A stretch of DNA of 64,000 nucleotides from NCBI GenBank assembly GCA_965662895.1, contig CBFIJH010000006.1, positions 56,924-120,923 of the forward strand, written 5' to 3'. The stretch's first letter is position 1; every line of letters starts with the position of its first letter. The translations under genes were made by a program, and so were the position numbers. A model generated the notes under the pieces. It worked only from the letters and a program-made list of their open reading frames with translations. It made no database searches and had not been told where the DNA came from. Below are positions 47,499 through 58,600 of this stretch, in pieces. This DNA is from Candidatus Poseidoniaceae archaeon. Its GTDB lineage: Archaea; Thermoplasmatota; Poseidoniia; Poseidoniales; Poseidoniaceae.

Positions 47499-49543
47499 GA
47501 ATGCCTCTGAATCATCGATCGAAGAACAGTGCTGACTTCCTTTCCATCAACTCCTGGACAGGCCCCCATCACAACGCCCATCAGTGGACCCATGGCTCCC
47601 ATCCCTCGTTCTTTGACAAAATCGAGACGTTCCAAAACGATTGATTCGACGATTGATTCAAGATCGCCCACATCTGCGGGAACGAGGTTGTTCTCGTCTG
47701 CAAATCTTTCAATTTCTTCAGCTGTAACATTTTGAACATGAGCGAAGTATTCGACGACTTGTTCAATTCCTTCACGGGTTATGCCTCCTTCTTCTCGGAC
47801 CGATAGGATTTGCGACAGTACTTCGGGTTGTACGGATTCATACTCAAGTAATAACGTGCCCCAGGCCTTGGTTTTCATATCATGATAATCAAAGAAGACA
47901 TCATCCAATTCTCGGGAGAGAATCTGCTTGCACTGATCTTGGGACAGTTCAGTTTCTACGAGCCGTTGCATTCGCTCATCTTGACGCATGGGAAGGTTTT
48001 CGGTGATGCGTTGCCAATGTTGAGATTCGATCAAGATTGTAGGAACATCTGTCTCGGGGTACATACGCGCACCACCGGGTAATGGGCGCATGGGTGTGGT
48101 CGTGCCATCATCGGGAGCCCCTTTCTTAACCACAACGTTTCGAACTTCTTGGGGTATTCGATGGAAGGCCAGTCGTGCCCGATTCCCAACAGATTCGAGT
48201 GCAAGACGTGCTTGCCACATTGGAGCAAGGCAGAGAACAAACGCATCGGTTGCTTCTAGATTTAATTCATTACGAATGCGTTCAACATGGTCGGATTCAA
48301 TTCCATATGCGGGGAGTTCGTCAGAATGAAACACTCCTCGTACACCTGCAAGTTTCGCAGCTCCTGCGAGCTCACGGCCAAGCCGAGGGAGTTGTGCTCC
48401 ATCAACATCAAGCATCTTCGAGCCAATTTTTCCATCAAATCCTTTCAGAGGTAGCGAAAGCATCGAGTCGTTTTTGGCAAGACCTTCCACAACCATTCGG
48501 CTCTCACAAGATGTGAATACTGAAGTCACATCCACGAATTCTAAAGGGATGTGGTTCGCTACAACCTCCGCTACTTCAGATTCAATTTGAGCATCATCAA
48601 GGTCGCGATTCGGCGGTAGATTTGGTAACCCAAGCGTTGTGCGCAATTCATTAGCCAAACGGTACATGTGGACTTGGCGAACCATCTCTAAACGAACAAT
48701 TCGGGGAATCCATCCGAGATCTTGGCAACCTTTGATTTCAACACGATCGCCACACCCTACGCTGACGTTCAAATCTTGTCGAATCGATCCAAGACCACGG
48801 CGGACTTGGCGCGTATCTCTTAGCGTTCTTCCAAGAGCCATCGCTGTTTCTTTCGCATGCTCAGGCGATTGTATATCAGGTGAGGTTGCAATCTCAATCA
48901 AAGGTACCCCCAATCGATCGAGATTGTATATGACTTGTTCACCGTGTTTTGTTGAAACGGTATCAAGTTTCCTCGCACTGTCCTCTTCAAGACAAAGAAC
49001 GTCAATCCCAACATCGCCTGTCTCGGTCTGAAGGGTACCGTCGGTTGAGATGAGCGAAGTGCGTTGAAAACCGCTTGTGTTCGATCCATCAACAACAGTT
49101 TTCCTCATCGTTTGGACTGCACCGACCGGTTTTGCATTGAGCATTGCTGAAACGGTTAACGCTACATCGAGGGCCTCTGAATCATGCGGAAGGGGCGGGC
49201 TTTCATCCAGTTCAATCAGACCGGAATTTGGTGATTGGATGTACACAAAGGAACGATTTCTTCGCTTTTCAAATCGAGCGGCAACATCGACTTTACCTCC
49301 CTCTCCACTTGCAAGGCGTAATTTGCGAGCGTACCGAGACCAATCATCGGGAACCGTATCAATTGTCACATCGTACAAGAGAGAAGGTTGACGCGAATGC
49401 AACTTTCCTGTAGCAAGTTGTTGATGAACTTCGATACCACACATGAAGCCCAATTGCTTGGTGTCGAAGGTGGATGCATCGGTCACATCTCCTTCCGGTT
49501 CTTGACGACCGACTTCTGCCATGGCTTTGCCAAACATTTCCAC
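47495..49543 (-). CDS. gatE: Glu-tRNA(Gln) amidotransferase subunit E
   Basis: CGIEVHQQL..GKL, MRKTVVDGSNTSGFQRT, LEEDSAR, LDRLGVPLIEIAT, RGLGSIRQD, FHSDELPAYGI and RPLPGGARMYPETD. Confidence 0.96.
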   Translation of the reverse strand: MEMFGKAMAEVGRQEPEGDVTDASTFDTKQLGFMCGIEVHQQLATGKLHSRQPSLLYDVTIDTVPDDWSRYARKLRLASGEGGKVDVAARFEKRRNRSFVYIQSPNSGLIELDESPPLPHDSEALDVALTVSAMLNAKPVGAVQTMRKTVVDGSNTSGFQRTSLISTDGTLQTETGDVGIDVLCLEEDSARKLDTVSTKHGEQVIYNLDRLGVPLIEIATSPDIQSPEHAKETAMALGRTLRDTRQVRRGLGSIRQDLNVSVGCGDRVEIKGCQDLGWIPRIVRLEMVRQVHMYRLANELRTTLGLPNLPPNRDLDDAQIESEVAEVVANHIPLEFVDVTSVFTSCESRMVVEGLAKNDSMLSLPLKGFDGKIGSKMLDVDGAQLPRLGRELAGAAKLAGVRGVFHSDELPAYGIESDHVERIRNELNLEATDAFVLCLAPMWQARLALESVGNRARLAFHRIPQEVRNVVVKKGAPDDGTTTPMRPLPGGARMYPETDVPTILIESQHWQRITENLPMRQDERMQRLVETELSQDQCKQILSRELDDVFFDYHDMKTKAWGTLLLEYESVQPEVLSQILSVREEGGITREGIEQVVEYFAHVQNVTAEEIERFADENNLVPADVGDLESIVESIVLERLDFVKERGMGAMGPLMGVVMGACPGVDGKEVSTVLRSMIQRHS

Positions 49544-49566
49544 TTCATGAGATGATTGCTTACCAA

Positions 49567-51681
49567 CTAAACAATTTGTAGAGTATCATAACCAGTTGGT
49601 CGCATCAGACGACCGTTTTGATTGAGTTTGTCAATAACTTCCTCTGCTTTCTCACGAGAAATATCAAGTCGTTCAGCCTCATTAAGAACGTCAACAAGTT
49701 GTGCAAATCCCTCTCCGTTGGAGGAAAGACGCTCCACAATATCGAGAATGCTGCGCTCAGCGTGTCGGGCTCTTCCCTTCTTATTCGATGCGATAGCTGT
49801 TTCATCAAAGTCCTCACCCATGAGGTCGTATCGCCACGTCTTGGTCAAACGGACGGCTCTCTCCGCATCTTCGATTGTTGCAGTTTCCGACAAACGGATT
49901 CGGGCGCTTGCTTCAGCAAGGCGGGCAAGTGCCTCAAGGGCACGGGCTGTAATGGCAACAGAATCTTGGAATTGACCGGACTGTTTTCTCGTTGTAACAT
50001 AATAATTGATGATGTGTTTCTTCGCTTCTTCATCCAGATTTGGATGGACTGTTCTCTTCGCATAAGCCACATATTTTCGAATGAATTCGCGATGAAGATG
50101 CCCATCGGTATGACTGGGTTTGGTCATGACTGAACTGAGTTTTCTAGGGTCTGGCCTCGAGCCTTCGTTCACCAAAAGTTCACTGGTTCCCGACAATCGG
50201 TTATCAACGATATGGCCGGCGATTTTTGCATCTTTCTCTTCGGAAGGCTGGTCCGTAAGCAACCAGATTACATCAAATCGTGAAACGAGTGGCGGAGCGA
50301 GATTTATTTGCCCTGTAAATGGGACCTCGGAAACGGGTTGGAATCGGCCTGCCTTCGGGTTGGCAGCAGCCAAAACGGCACAACGGGTACGAAGACTTGC
50401 ATTGATTCCCGCCTTTGAAATGGAGATGGTCTGCTGCTCCATGGCCTCGTGCATACTCGATCGATCGGCCTGGTTCATCTTGTCAAATTCATCAATCGCA
50501 GCAAGACCTTGATCGGCTAGAACAAGGGCTCCTGCTTCTAGCGTCCAGCGCCCATCAGCGCTTGCATCCTGCACCGCCGCTGCAGTCAAACCTGCAGCAG
50601 AAGCCGACATACCCGATGTAAATCGGCCACGTGGTGATATGTTCCCCATATAGGCAAGGAGTTGAGATTTAGCAACACCAGGATCACCCATGAGGAGAAT
50701 GTGAATATCGCCACGATTCCTTGTCCCATCCGGGTTGAGGCGGGCCACGCCCCCAAACAATTGCAACATCAACGTTTCCTTGATTTTCTCCATACCAAAG
50801 ATTGAGGGAGCGATGGATTCTGAAATCCGTTGATAAACGTCTTGATTTGCAGCAAACGCCCGAATCTCAGCTTCCTCTTCATCCGAAACAACAATTTCTT
50901 CGAGCGCTAAATTTTGGCGTTCCAAGGATTGAACACGCATGAAAATATCAAACACAGGCGTATCTTTCCCAAACTTACGCTGAGAACGGATGAACAAAAC
51001 ACCGTTCGCTTTGACACGGTCACCCGGATTGACTTTGCCCGTAAGGTCATGTTCTGCGATACAGGAAATTCGTTCCGGCTGGACACCCCCACGAACCTGC
51101 TCAGGCAACTCTTGCAACTCAATGAATTGGGAGTTGGTTAGTGTGGAACGCTCTTGCAGCAATTGGAATCGAGTTTGACGATTGGTAAGGCCACACCCTC
51201 CATCAATTTGCGAACACTCCATCGGATTGATCAATTCCTGCTCATTTGGTTGTTGGATGGTGATCAAATGTTCACACGCAATGCATTTGAATGTGGCAGA
51301 GTACATTCTTGGTCGAACACCTGAAATTTTCGTTACAACCGCATCAATGGAAATCATGAGCCCGATGTCATCCGAGCGTAATTGAGACACGGTTCGAACT
51401 TGATCGCTCGGCAAGTGAACGATTCTTACCCATGGGTTAATGCTTCCATATCCAACATCAGCAAGCAATTCACGAAGAGCCCGATTCGAGGCATCGTTGT
51501 GAAGTTCTGGTTGCTCGAGAATGCTTTGAGCAAAGGTTGGATCAAAACCTTCGATGGTACGATATGAAACTTCAAGGCTTTGAACATCGGGCCAGAGTTG
51601 AGCAATGTTATGAACATCCTCGGTAAAGTGTGCATGCAGGAGTGTTGACCATCGCGCTGTCAAATCAAAATCTTGTATCAT
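49567..51681 (-). CDS. mcm: Minichromosome maintenance replicative helicase
   Basis: Zn finger CIAC...C....GGC; GDPGVAKSQ, GLTAA, EAGALVLAD, IDEFDKM, HEAMEQQ, AAANP and SRFD; C-terminal wHTH; no intein. Confidence 0.97.
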   Translation of the reverse strand: MIQDFDLTARWSTLLHAHFTEDVHNIAQLWPDVQSLEVSYRTIEGFDPTFAQSILEQPELHNDASNRALRELLADVGYGSINPWVRIVHLPSDQVRTVSQLRSDDIGLMISIDAVVTKISGVRPRMYSATFKCIACEHLITIQQPNEQELINPMECSQIDGGCGLTNRQTRFQLLQERSTLTNSQFIELQELPEQVRGGVQPERISCIAEHDLTGKVNPGDRVKANGVLFIRSQRKFGKDTPVFDIFMRVQSLERQNLALEEIVVSDEEEAEIRAFAANQDVYQRISESIAPSIFGMEKIKETLMLQLFGGVARLNPDGTRNRGDIHILLMGDPGVAKSQLLAYMGNISPRGRFTSGMSASAAGLTAAAVQDASADGRWTLEAGALVLADQGLAAIDEFDKMNQADRSSMHEAMEQQTISISKAGINASLRTRCAVLAAANPKAGRFQPVSEVPFTGQINLAPPLVSRFDVIWLLTDQPSEEKDAKIAGHIVDNRLSGTSELLVNEGSRPDPRKLSSVMTKPSHTDGHLHREFIRKYVAYAKRTVHPNLDEEAKKHIINYYVTTRKQSGQFQDSVAITARALEALARLAEASARIRLSETATIEDAERAVRLTKTWRYDLMGEDFDETAIASNKKGRARHAERSILDIVERLSSNGEGFAQLVDVLNEAERLDISREKAEEVIDKLNQNGRLMRPTGYDTLQIV

Positions 51682-51750
51682 GTCAACTCAGCACCAAGGG
51701 ATTCTCCATGGAAGGCCACCGTTCTTAATGGTTCCATTCAAACTTCTCCA

Positions 51751-51770
51751 CCCCTCTATTTCCACTGGAG
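51751..51770 (-). promoter_or_regulatory. ORB-like element (Orc1/Cdc6 origin recognition box)
   Basis: The minus strand reads CTCCAGTGGAAATAGAGGGG, i.e. a TCCAGTGGAAA core plus G-string as in archaeal ORBs. Degenerate copies at 51781-51805 and 51813-51825. Confidence 0.65.
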
Positions 51771-51870
51771 AAAACGTACCACCCATGCTTCTCTTTCCAC
51801 TCGGATGTCAGCGTGAGTGGAAAAGCACCAGCCTCAATAACTTGATATTTAGTCACGAGAACGAGGAATC

Positions 51871-52383
51871 ATGATTATCTTCGCCCATGGAATGGAAGGG
51901 ACGCCAAATGGTGGTAAAATTCGATCACTGAAATCGGCCGGTTTTGAGGTCATAGCGCCTGATTTCCAAGGAATGGCACTTCAAGAGCGTGTCGAAGTAC
52001 TGCAAAACGTGTGCGAAGAGCACCGTAACAAAACACCTCTTCTCGCTGGGTCAAGTTATGGCGGGTTGGCTGCATCAATTGTCGCAATGCGAATGCCTGA
52101 CGCGTTTCGCGGGCTCCTTTTGTGCGCACCAGCGCTTCACCTCAATGAGCCTCCAATCGATGAGCACACCGTCCTCACCATACCTGAGGGATTGAATACT
52201 GCAATCATCCATGGCGTTGGTGATGACATTGTCCCAATTTCATGCAGCATTGAATACGCTGAACGTTCCGATAACGACGTTGTGGTATTTCACCAAGTTG
52301 AGGATGGCCACCGTCTTGCGAATTCACACGATGAAATTATTCACGCCGCACGATTGTTAATTGGCGAGACGATTGGTTCATGA
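51871..52383 (+). CDS. Small alpha/beta hydrolase (YqiA/YcfP-like esterase)
   Basis: FAHG, GSSYGG nucleophile, LLLCAPA, IIHG..DDIVP and DGHRL. Confidence 0.85.
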   Translation: MIIFAHGMEGTPNGGKIRSLKSAGFEVIAPDFQGMALQERVEVLQNVCEEHRNKTPLLAGSSYGGLAASIVAMRMPDAFRGLLLCAPALHLNEPPIDEHTVLTIPEGLNTAIIHGVGDDIVPISCSIEYAERSDNDVVVFHQVEDGHRLANSHDEIIHAARLLIGETIGS

Positions 52384-52405
52384 ATTGTCTCGATTTGCAA
52401 AATAC

Positions 52406-53503
52406 ATGAGCGACCCCATGGATTACGCATCGAGCGGTGTTGACATCGATTTAGAAGGAACTGCAGTCGCCTCGTTGATTGGTTCACTCAAGCGCTCAAC
52501 TCGGAAATCAGGTACGCCTGGGGCGCCAGTGGATTTGCCTGGAGGATTTGGTGGATTGATTGAATTCGGTGACCATCTCTTAGCAATGGCAACCGATGGT
52601 GTAGGAAGCAAGCTTCAGATTGCAACTGCTGTAAAAAATTGGGAAAGTGTTGGGATTGATTGTATGGCGATGAATGTAAACGATCTGCTGTGCGTTGGTG
52701 CAGAACCAATCGCATTTGTTGATTACATTGCTGTTCCGAAACCGGATCCTGAGGTTCACGCGGCAGTTGGTGCATCGCTCGCAAAAGCTTGCGAACTCGC
52801 CAATGTCACCCTAGCAGGAGGTGAAACAGCCTCGCTTCCTGGCATCGTAACTGAACTCGACCTTTCAGGTACTGCTCTAGGTTTTCTCGACAAAAACTCA
52901 GCAATAACTGGAGAACGACTGGAGGCAGGAGACGTATTGATTGGATTGCCTTCTTCTGGTATCCATTCAAATGGATTTTCACTCGTACGGAAGATCATCC
53001 ATCACACAGGTCTCGCTTACACTGATTTGTGTCCATTTGATGCATCATTTGAAGGTAGAACTCTGCCAGAAAAGACCGTTCTTGCTGATGTTTTGCTGAT
53101 TCCGACCAAGATTTACTGCAACTCCGTGGTTGGCTTGCTCGATCATCTGAAAGCGACTCAGGGCTCAGTACACGCTGTTCACGGTATTGCACACATCACA
53201 GGCGGAGGTTTGTCCAACTTGTTACGATTGCACGATACGCTCGGATGGCATATTGATTCACCAATGCCCATTCCTCCTGAATTCACTTGGTTGCAAAGCG
53301 AAGGAAACGTCACGGATTTGGAAATGCATCGAACTTTCAACATGGGATTAGGCATGGTTCTTGCTGTCGACAAAAATCATGTCGAATCAATCCTATCTTG
53401 TATCCAAGCATTCGAACCATCTGCTGCTGTAATTGGCCAGGTGAATGACAATGGACATCAAGTAACCCATGCAAACAAAGAGATTTTCTTCGACCACTAT
53501 TGA
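52406..53503 (+). CDS. purM: Phosphoribosylformylglycinamidine cyclo-ligase (AIR synthetase)
   Basis: YASSGVD, TDGVGSK, GIDCMAMNVND, GGETA, SSGIHSNGFSL, AHITGGG and EMHRTFNMG. Confidence 0.96.
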   Translation: MSDPMDYASSGVDIDLEGTAVASLIGSLKRSTRKSGTPGAPVDLPGGFGGLIEFGDHLLAMATDGVGSKLQIATAVKNWESVGIDCMAMNVNDLLCVGAEPIAFVDYIAVPKPDPEVHAAVGASLAKACELANVTLAGGETASLPGIVTELDLSGTALGFLDKNSAITGERLEAGDVLIGLPSSGIHSNGFSLVRKIIHHTGLAYTDLCPFDASFEGRTLPEKTVLADVLLIPTKIYCNSVVGLLDHLKATQGSVHAVHGIAHITGGGLSNLLRLHDTLGWHIDSPMPIPPEFTWLQSEGNVTDLEMHRTFNMGLGMVLAVDKNHVESILSCIQAFEPSAAVIGQVNDNGHQVTHANKEIFFDHY

Positions 53504-53541
53504 AGCGGTGTGGTCAAGAACTGGAATCATGTCGTCGAATC

Positions 53542-54891
53542 ATGGGCGAATCGATTCCAGGACAAGACCCGCCTGACTCTTGGCCTGGTCATCTTTGGTT
53601 GGAAGGACGCACCATTGTCCATCTCAAAAAAAATCAACAACGTCCCACACACATGCCACGTGGACCTGCAGCGAAATCTGGAACTGGATTCATCAATCCA
53701 GCAATGGCACCTGCGAGAACGCGTTCAATTTTGTTACTTCAAGATGCATTGGAGCATGGATGGCTCAATGGTGACAGGCCTATTCGAGCGCTGGATGCAT
53801 TGAGTGCAACAGGTATACGCGTACGACGATGGAGAAATGAGATTCGCTCCGACCTTCAATCTCGTCTTCATATCACTGCAAATGATCTTGATGCTGATGC
53901 ATTGACATGGGCGATTGAATCGATTCGTTCAGACGCACCTGTTGGGTCCTCGTTTGTGCCCGATGATGAGCAAGAAGGACCAATTTCTGTTGAGAAAAAT
54001 GGAATCCGATTTCAGCATTGTGATGCTCGCTTAGCAATGATTCAAGGCTCGTTTCAGTGGATTGATGTCGACCCATTTGGTTCACCGATTACCTTCATCG
54101 ATAGCGCTCTCCAATCCCTTGGCAGAGTAGGCGTCCTCGAGGTAACTGCAACCGATACTGCGGCACTAACTGGCTCATCAGCAACCTCCGGCCGACGTCG
54201 TTATGGACACAAGGGGATTGTTGACCTTTATGCGCACGATGATGCGGTACGGGTTCTGCTTGGAACCATCGCAACTCGGGCAGCGCAGCTTGACCGAGCA
54301 GTTGAACCGATTCTCGCATTGTTTGATGGACACCACGTTCGAGTGTCCGTCCTCGTCCGAAGGAGCAAGCAAGGTGCTGATAAAACCAGAAAAAACATTG
54401 GTTGGCGCGTCCGAACCGAAGGAATGCCATACAAGTTTGTGAATCATCCGGATTCAAACGAACTTGAGAAATCCAGTGGGCCAATGTGGATTGGTCCGAT
54501 TTGGAATGAGGAGATTTGCTTGCGAATGACAGAAGACAACGCCGTCAAGACTTGTCTTGCAACAACGAATGATATCGATCGAGCCACAAAACTTGGTTTG
54601 GAATGGAATGAGGCAGACCGGGTCTACGCTGAACGCGAAATACGCCGCTCTGTACGGTTTATTTCAGATGCTGCCCCCTTGATGTCAACGGAGCATTTAC
54701 TGCTCGCCTTTGACCAATTGCCTGGATTCGCTGAAGTGGGTTCGTTACCGACGATGGAGCGCCTCATTGAAACATTGAACGGGATTGGTTACAAAACTGC
54801 GAGAGTACCTGATTTACGACCTTTTATTGCAACACATGCGCCTTTTGAAGCTGTTCTTGATGCAATGAAATCCCTGCAATCAGCCGAATGA
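53542..54891 (+). CDS. trm1: tRNA (guanine-26-N2)-dimethyltransferase Trm1
   Basis: FINPAM...R, LDALSATGIR, ANDL, IDVDPFGSP, VTATDTA and GPMWIGPI. Confidence 0.88.
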   Translation: MGESIPGQDPPDSWPGHLWLEGRTIVHLKKNQQRPTHMPRGPAAKSGTGFINPAMAPARTRSILLLQDALEHGWLNGDRPIRALDALSATGIRVRRWRNEIRSDLQSRLHITANDLDADALTWAIESIRSDAPVGSSFVPDDEQEGPISVEKNGIRFQHCDARLAMIQGSFQWIDVDPFGSPITFIDSALQSLGRVGVLEVTATDTAALTGSSATSGRRRYGHKGIVDLYAHDDAVRVLLGTIATRAAQLDRAVEPILALFDGHHVRVSVLVRRSKQGADKTRKNIGWRVRTEGMPYKFVNHPDSNELEKSSGPMWIGPIWNEEICLRMTEDNAVKTCLATTNDIDRATKLGLEWNEADRVYAEREIRRSVRFISDAAPLMSTEHLLLAFDQLPGFAEVGSLPTMERLIETLNGIGYKTARVPDLRPFIATHAPFEAVLDAMKSLQSAE

Positions 54892-55635
54892 GGGGTCGTT
54901 GATGACATCATCACTCTCTGGAGAGGGCAGCAAAGGTGTTGAATTTTCAATGATTTCCTGAACCGACTGTTCGATGGTTCGAGCGTTCTCAAGCAACTTC
55001 GATAAGGGAATTTCTTTACCTGTCATTTCAGTGATGGCTTCGATTGCAACGGCTGCTGCTCGGACATCTGGATACATAGGGCTGGCCTCTGATAGCAAAG
55101 CAGTAATGTCGAGGTTGAGTCGATCTCCTTCGCTTAGCAGAAAGCCTGTAATTCCTGAAACGATGCCGCGTTGAATTGTTTGTAAATCCAAAGATTTCAG
55201 GCGAGCCCGTGCTGTATCATTCGCACCAACTGCAAACAAGCCTTCTCCCTGAAGTTGTTTCTCAGGCTTGAGAATTCCGTCAATAATAATCAACTGATCA
55301 AACCCTCCTGCATTAAACCATTCCAACACCGTTGATCCAAATGCGATATCTTGTTCTTTGTCAAATTGAATCTCAGCAGTAAAGACACCAATGCCGTCCC
55401 CCTGATAGACTCGGACCGGATGACGAGGAATTTCATTCTGAATCAAAGCGACTGCTGGGAATTTCTCGTCCATTACGGTTCCAAGTTGTGTAAGATTAAG
55501 CGATTCAATAATGTGCGATGTTGCGATTACACCAACCATTCCGGCCGTGGTAAATCCACAAATTGCGACACCACTCGTCGTCGGATCGACGCCTGAGCGA
55601 AGCACAAGGTCATAGGTGTCAAATTGTTGCTTCAT
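54880..55635 (-). CDS. PAC2-family proteasome assembly chaperone-like protein
   Basis: ICGF...GMVG.IA..HII, P.RVY, GIVSGITG.LL and PDVRAAA..IE. Confidence 0.85.
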   Translation of the reverse strand: MKQQFDTYDLVLRSGVDPTTSGVAICGFTTAGMVGVIATSHIIESLNLTQLGTVMDEKFPAVALIQNEIPRHPVRVYQGDGIGVFTAEIQFDKEQDIAFGSTVLEWFNAGGFDQLIIIDGILKPEKQLQGEGLFAVGANDTARARLKSLDLQTIQRGIVSGITGFLLSEGDRLNLDITALLSEASPMYPDVRAAAVAIEAITEMTGKEIPLSKLLENARTIEQSVQEIIENSTPLLPSPESDDVINDPSFG

Positions 55636-55686
55636 ACGTTCACCTTATCTTGCTGGTTGAATGGTGTTTGAAAAATATCTCGGCGC

Positions 55687-58600
55687 TCAATCATTGTATT
55701 CAGACCAGTCTTCTTCACCGGCTTCACGGAACCACCATGTCCCTACCTCATCTTCGTACCACTCCGTACCAAATTCATCGGTTGAAATTCCATCATCAAG
55801 TTCAGAATCAGAACTTGTATCCTCAATGAATTCTTCTTCGATGGCCTTGCCGTCCATGTTCTCAACTTCTGAAATCAATGCATCGCCCGGACGTTCAATC
55901 GTTTCTGGTTGATCCGAGATTGACACGTCATCAAACTCATCAAGCGGTTTTCCTGTTGGAATTTCAATGGATTCATCGTTTTCTTCAGGGAAAGTTTCAT
56001 TTTCTTCGTAATATGATTCGTCCTCGAAATCTGCAGAAGCCCGTCGGTAAAGAACAAATCCAACGGTCGCAAGAAGGAGAATTCCTGCTCCAATTCCTCC
56101 CCAAAGAACCGCATTGGAAGAACTCTGTTCATCGCCACCCGTCGTTGGTTCATCTGCAACAAAGAGATCCGCTGTCCACGTTACCGCACTGTTCTGAGAA
56201 GTTGACAAATCATAAATCAGGGACGTCGTGAGAATTTGAATCGAAAATTCTTTTTCGACATTCACGTCATTCTGTCGAGCCCACAATGGATCCTCGTATT
56301 TTGGAATGAAGGAGATTGAGATTGTTCCATTCGCTTCGATGGTAGCATCGTTTGGCGATTTGAACAACGGTGGCGATTCCGTTACGAAGACTTCGACATT
56401 AACAGAAAACGGATTTGGATTGTTCAAATTGCAAGCGATTGGGTCATCCGACGATTGTTGGTTTGTGTGCAACGTTGATGCCTCACATTCGATGATGACC
56501 GATTGTATGCTCGTTGGAATCCACTCTGTTTCATTTTGATTCGTTTCGTTGTTTTGAGTTGGGACAGAATACGCGTTAAGCGAAAGTACGATTTCAGTTG
56601 TTCCGAAGAGGGTGCGTTCTTGAGGGTCAACGGATAATTCGAGCCGAGTCATGTTTTCGAGTTTGGCCACAATTCGAACTTGTCCTGCTGAAATCACCTC
56701 AAAGCCTGAGATCAGCGGTTCTTGTGATGTGTTATCGTAGGCCTCCCAAACGATTTTTGTATCTTCAAGTGATGTTTGATGGGCGGGATTAACAGAATCG
56801 ATTGCATGGAGAGAGACGTTGATATCAATTTCTGCATTTGCATCCATATCAACCGGAGATTGCGGCCCCACAAGCTCAACCAACATTCCGGTTCCAATTG
56901 AATCTATACGATTTGCCGAGGTATACGGCTGAGTGTTCGGACGTTCGATTGGCTGCATGGAAGCATGGACGTTCACTGTACCAGTCGGGTTTGCTGAATA
57001 ATCCAGCAGGGTTTGTGGGATGCTCGAATCATACAAATTTTCAACATCGATGGCTGTCCAATATCCGGAGGAATTGCTTTGCCCATTCAGTACGATTTCT
57101 TCTTCACCGTAAGTGAGTTTGAGTTCAAGTTCGGCATTTTCGATTGGCGTCACTTGGCCAAAGTCGTCCAAATAGTGAGCTTGTAGGATGATTTTCATTG
57201 GGCTTGATGATTCGAGTATGTTCGATGGTGATTCGGGAGGGCCTGCCGTAATCGTTACTTCGAGTTGACTCGTAATGTATGTGTTATTGAACGCTGTCGT
57301 TGGTCCGGAAATTGGTAATGGGGCTGAAGCATTTCCATACTCGTCAACCGCAGCAACGGCGACCCAGTATTGGACTCCATCTTGAATTGCTTCTGGAGGC
57401 GATGTCGCTGTCCCGTTTGAAAAGGCACTTGTTTGATTGATTCCAAATTCCAAAACTGAAGCCGGAATGGTTCCAACTGGTTGGTAGTTTGTTTCTCCTA
57501 CGCTGTAGTTGTCTGTCGTAAGGTTGAATGGATCCGAACCAGATAAGGTTAAGTCCGATTTTGCCACATAGATTCTGTATTCCGAAACCAAATCCGAGTC
57601 AATGCTCTGATCCCAAGTAACCTTGAGAGGAGAAGATTGCGTGGAATTGTCAAGATCGATAAGTTGTACATTGGTTACGGATGCTGGTGGAGCAGGATAC
57701 GGAACATTAACCTCGAGTGGTGATGAGAAATTGCTCACCACTCCAAACAGATGAGTCGATCGAACAACGTAAACGTACGTTTTTCCGGGTGTTACGTATT
57801 CGTCAACAAACGAACTTGCATTATCAAACGTTTCATCAGGGGAGGAATAATCCAGTGCATCGATTGAGGACGCTTTGTACAACTCAAATTCGACAAAATT
57901 TGAACCAAACTCAGAGATGGCCTGCCATTCCAAAGTCACATTCTTCGCTGTTGCCGTACTTGTGAGTACCGGGTCAGGAGGCAGGGCGATGTTCGGAGCA
58001 CCTGGAATTGAAATTAAACGCAAACCAATGGCATCGAAGGAGCCCGGCAAACTGGTCTCTACTGGAAGCGTCAAGCTAAACGTGCCAGTACCTGCCTCCA
58101 TTTGTTGATTGAGTGCGTTGCTGAGAGTACCCAGGATGCCTTGGTTGGTCGATACAATAAACTCCACGTCATAGGCTAAGTTCAAATCTGAAACATTTGC
58201 AGTTCCATTTGAGTTCGTCGAAATTTCAAAAAAGCAACTCACCATTTCAATTCCATATCCATCACTCATACTTGGATAGGACATGAATGAAGGTTCAATT
58301 GCAGTTTTGATGGTGTTTGCAACATCGGAAATGGTCAAAACTCCCAAATTTGGAATAGTTGAACTCGAATATCCTTCACCCCACAAATCGATGATGCCGT
58401 CAAGATTCGCATCGAGTGTTATGTTATGCCAAGATCCGATAAATACCCCTTGTGAACCCTCTCCTGAAAGGACGAATTGGTCCATAAGGCCATCATTGTT
58501 AATATCGGAAAAAAGGATATCATACGGCTGAGAATATGGTCGAAGCATCGATGGATTTGCCATGCCTAAGCCCGTCGATGAAAGGGAAAGAAACTGGATT

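Noticed and set aside
49567-51681. Possible intein in MCM
   Set aside because: 704 aa is the ordinary length, and the Walker motifs are uninterrupted.
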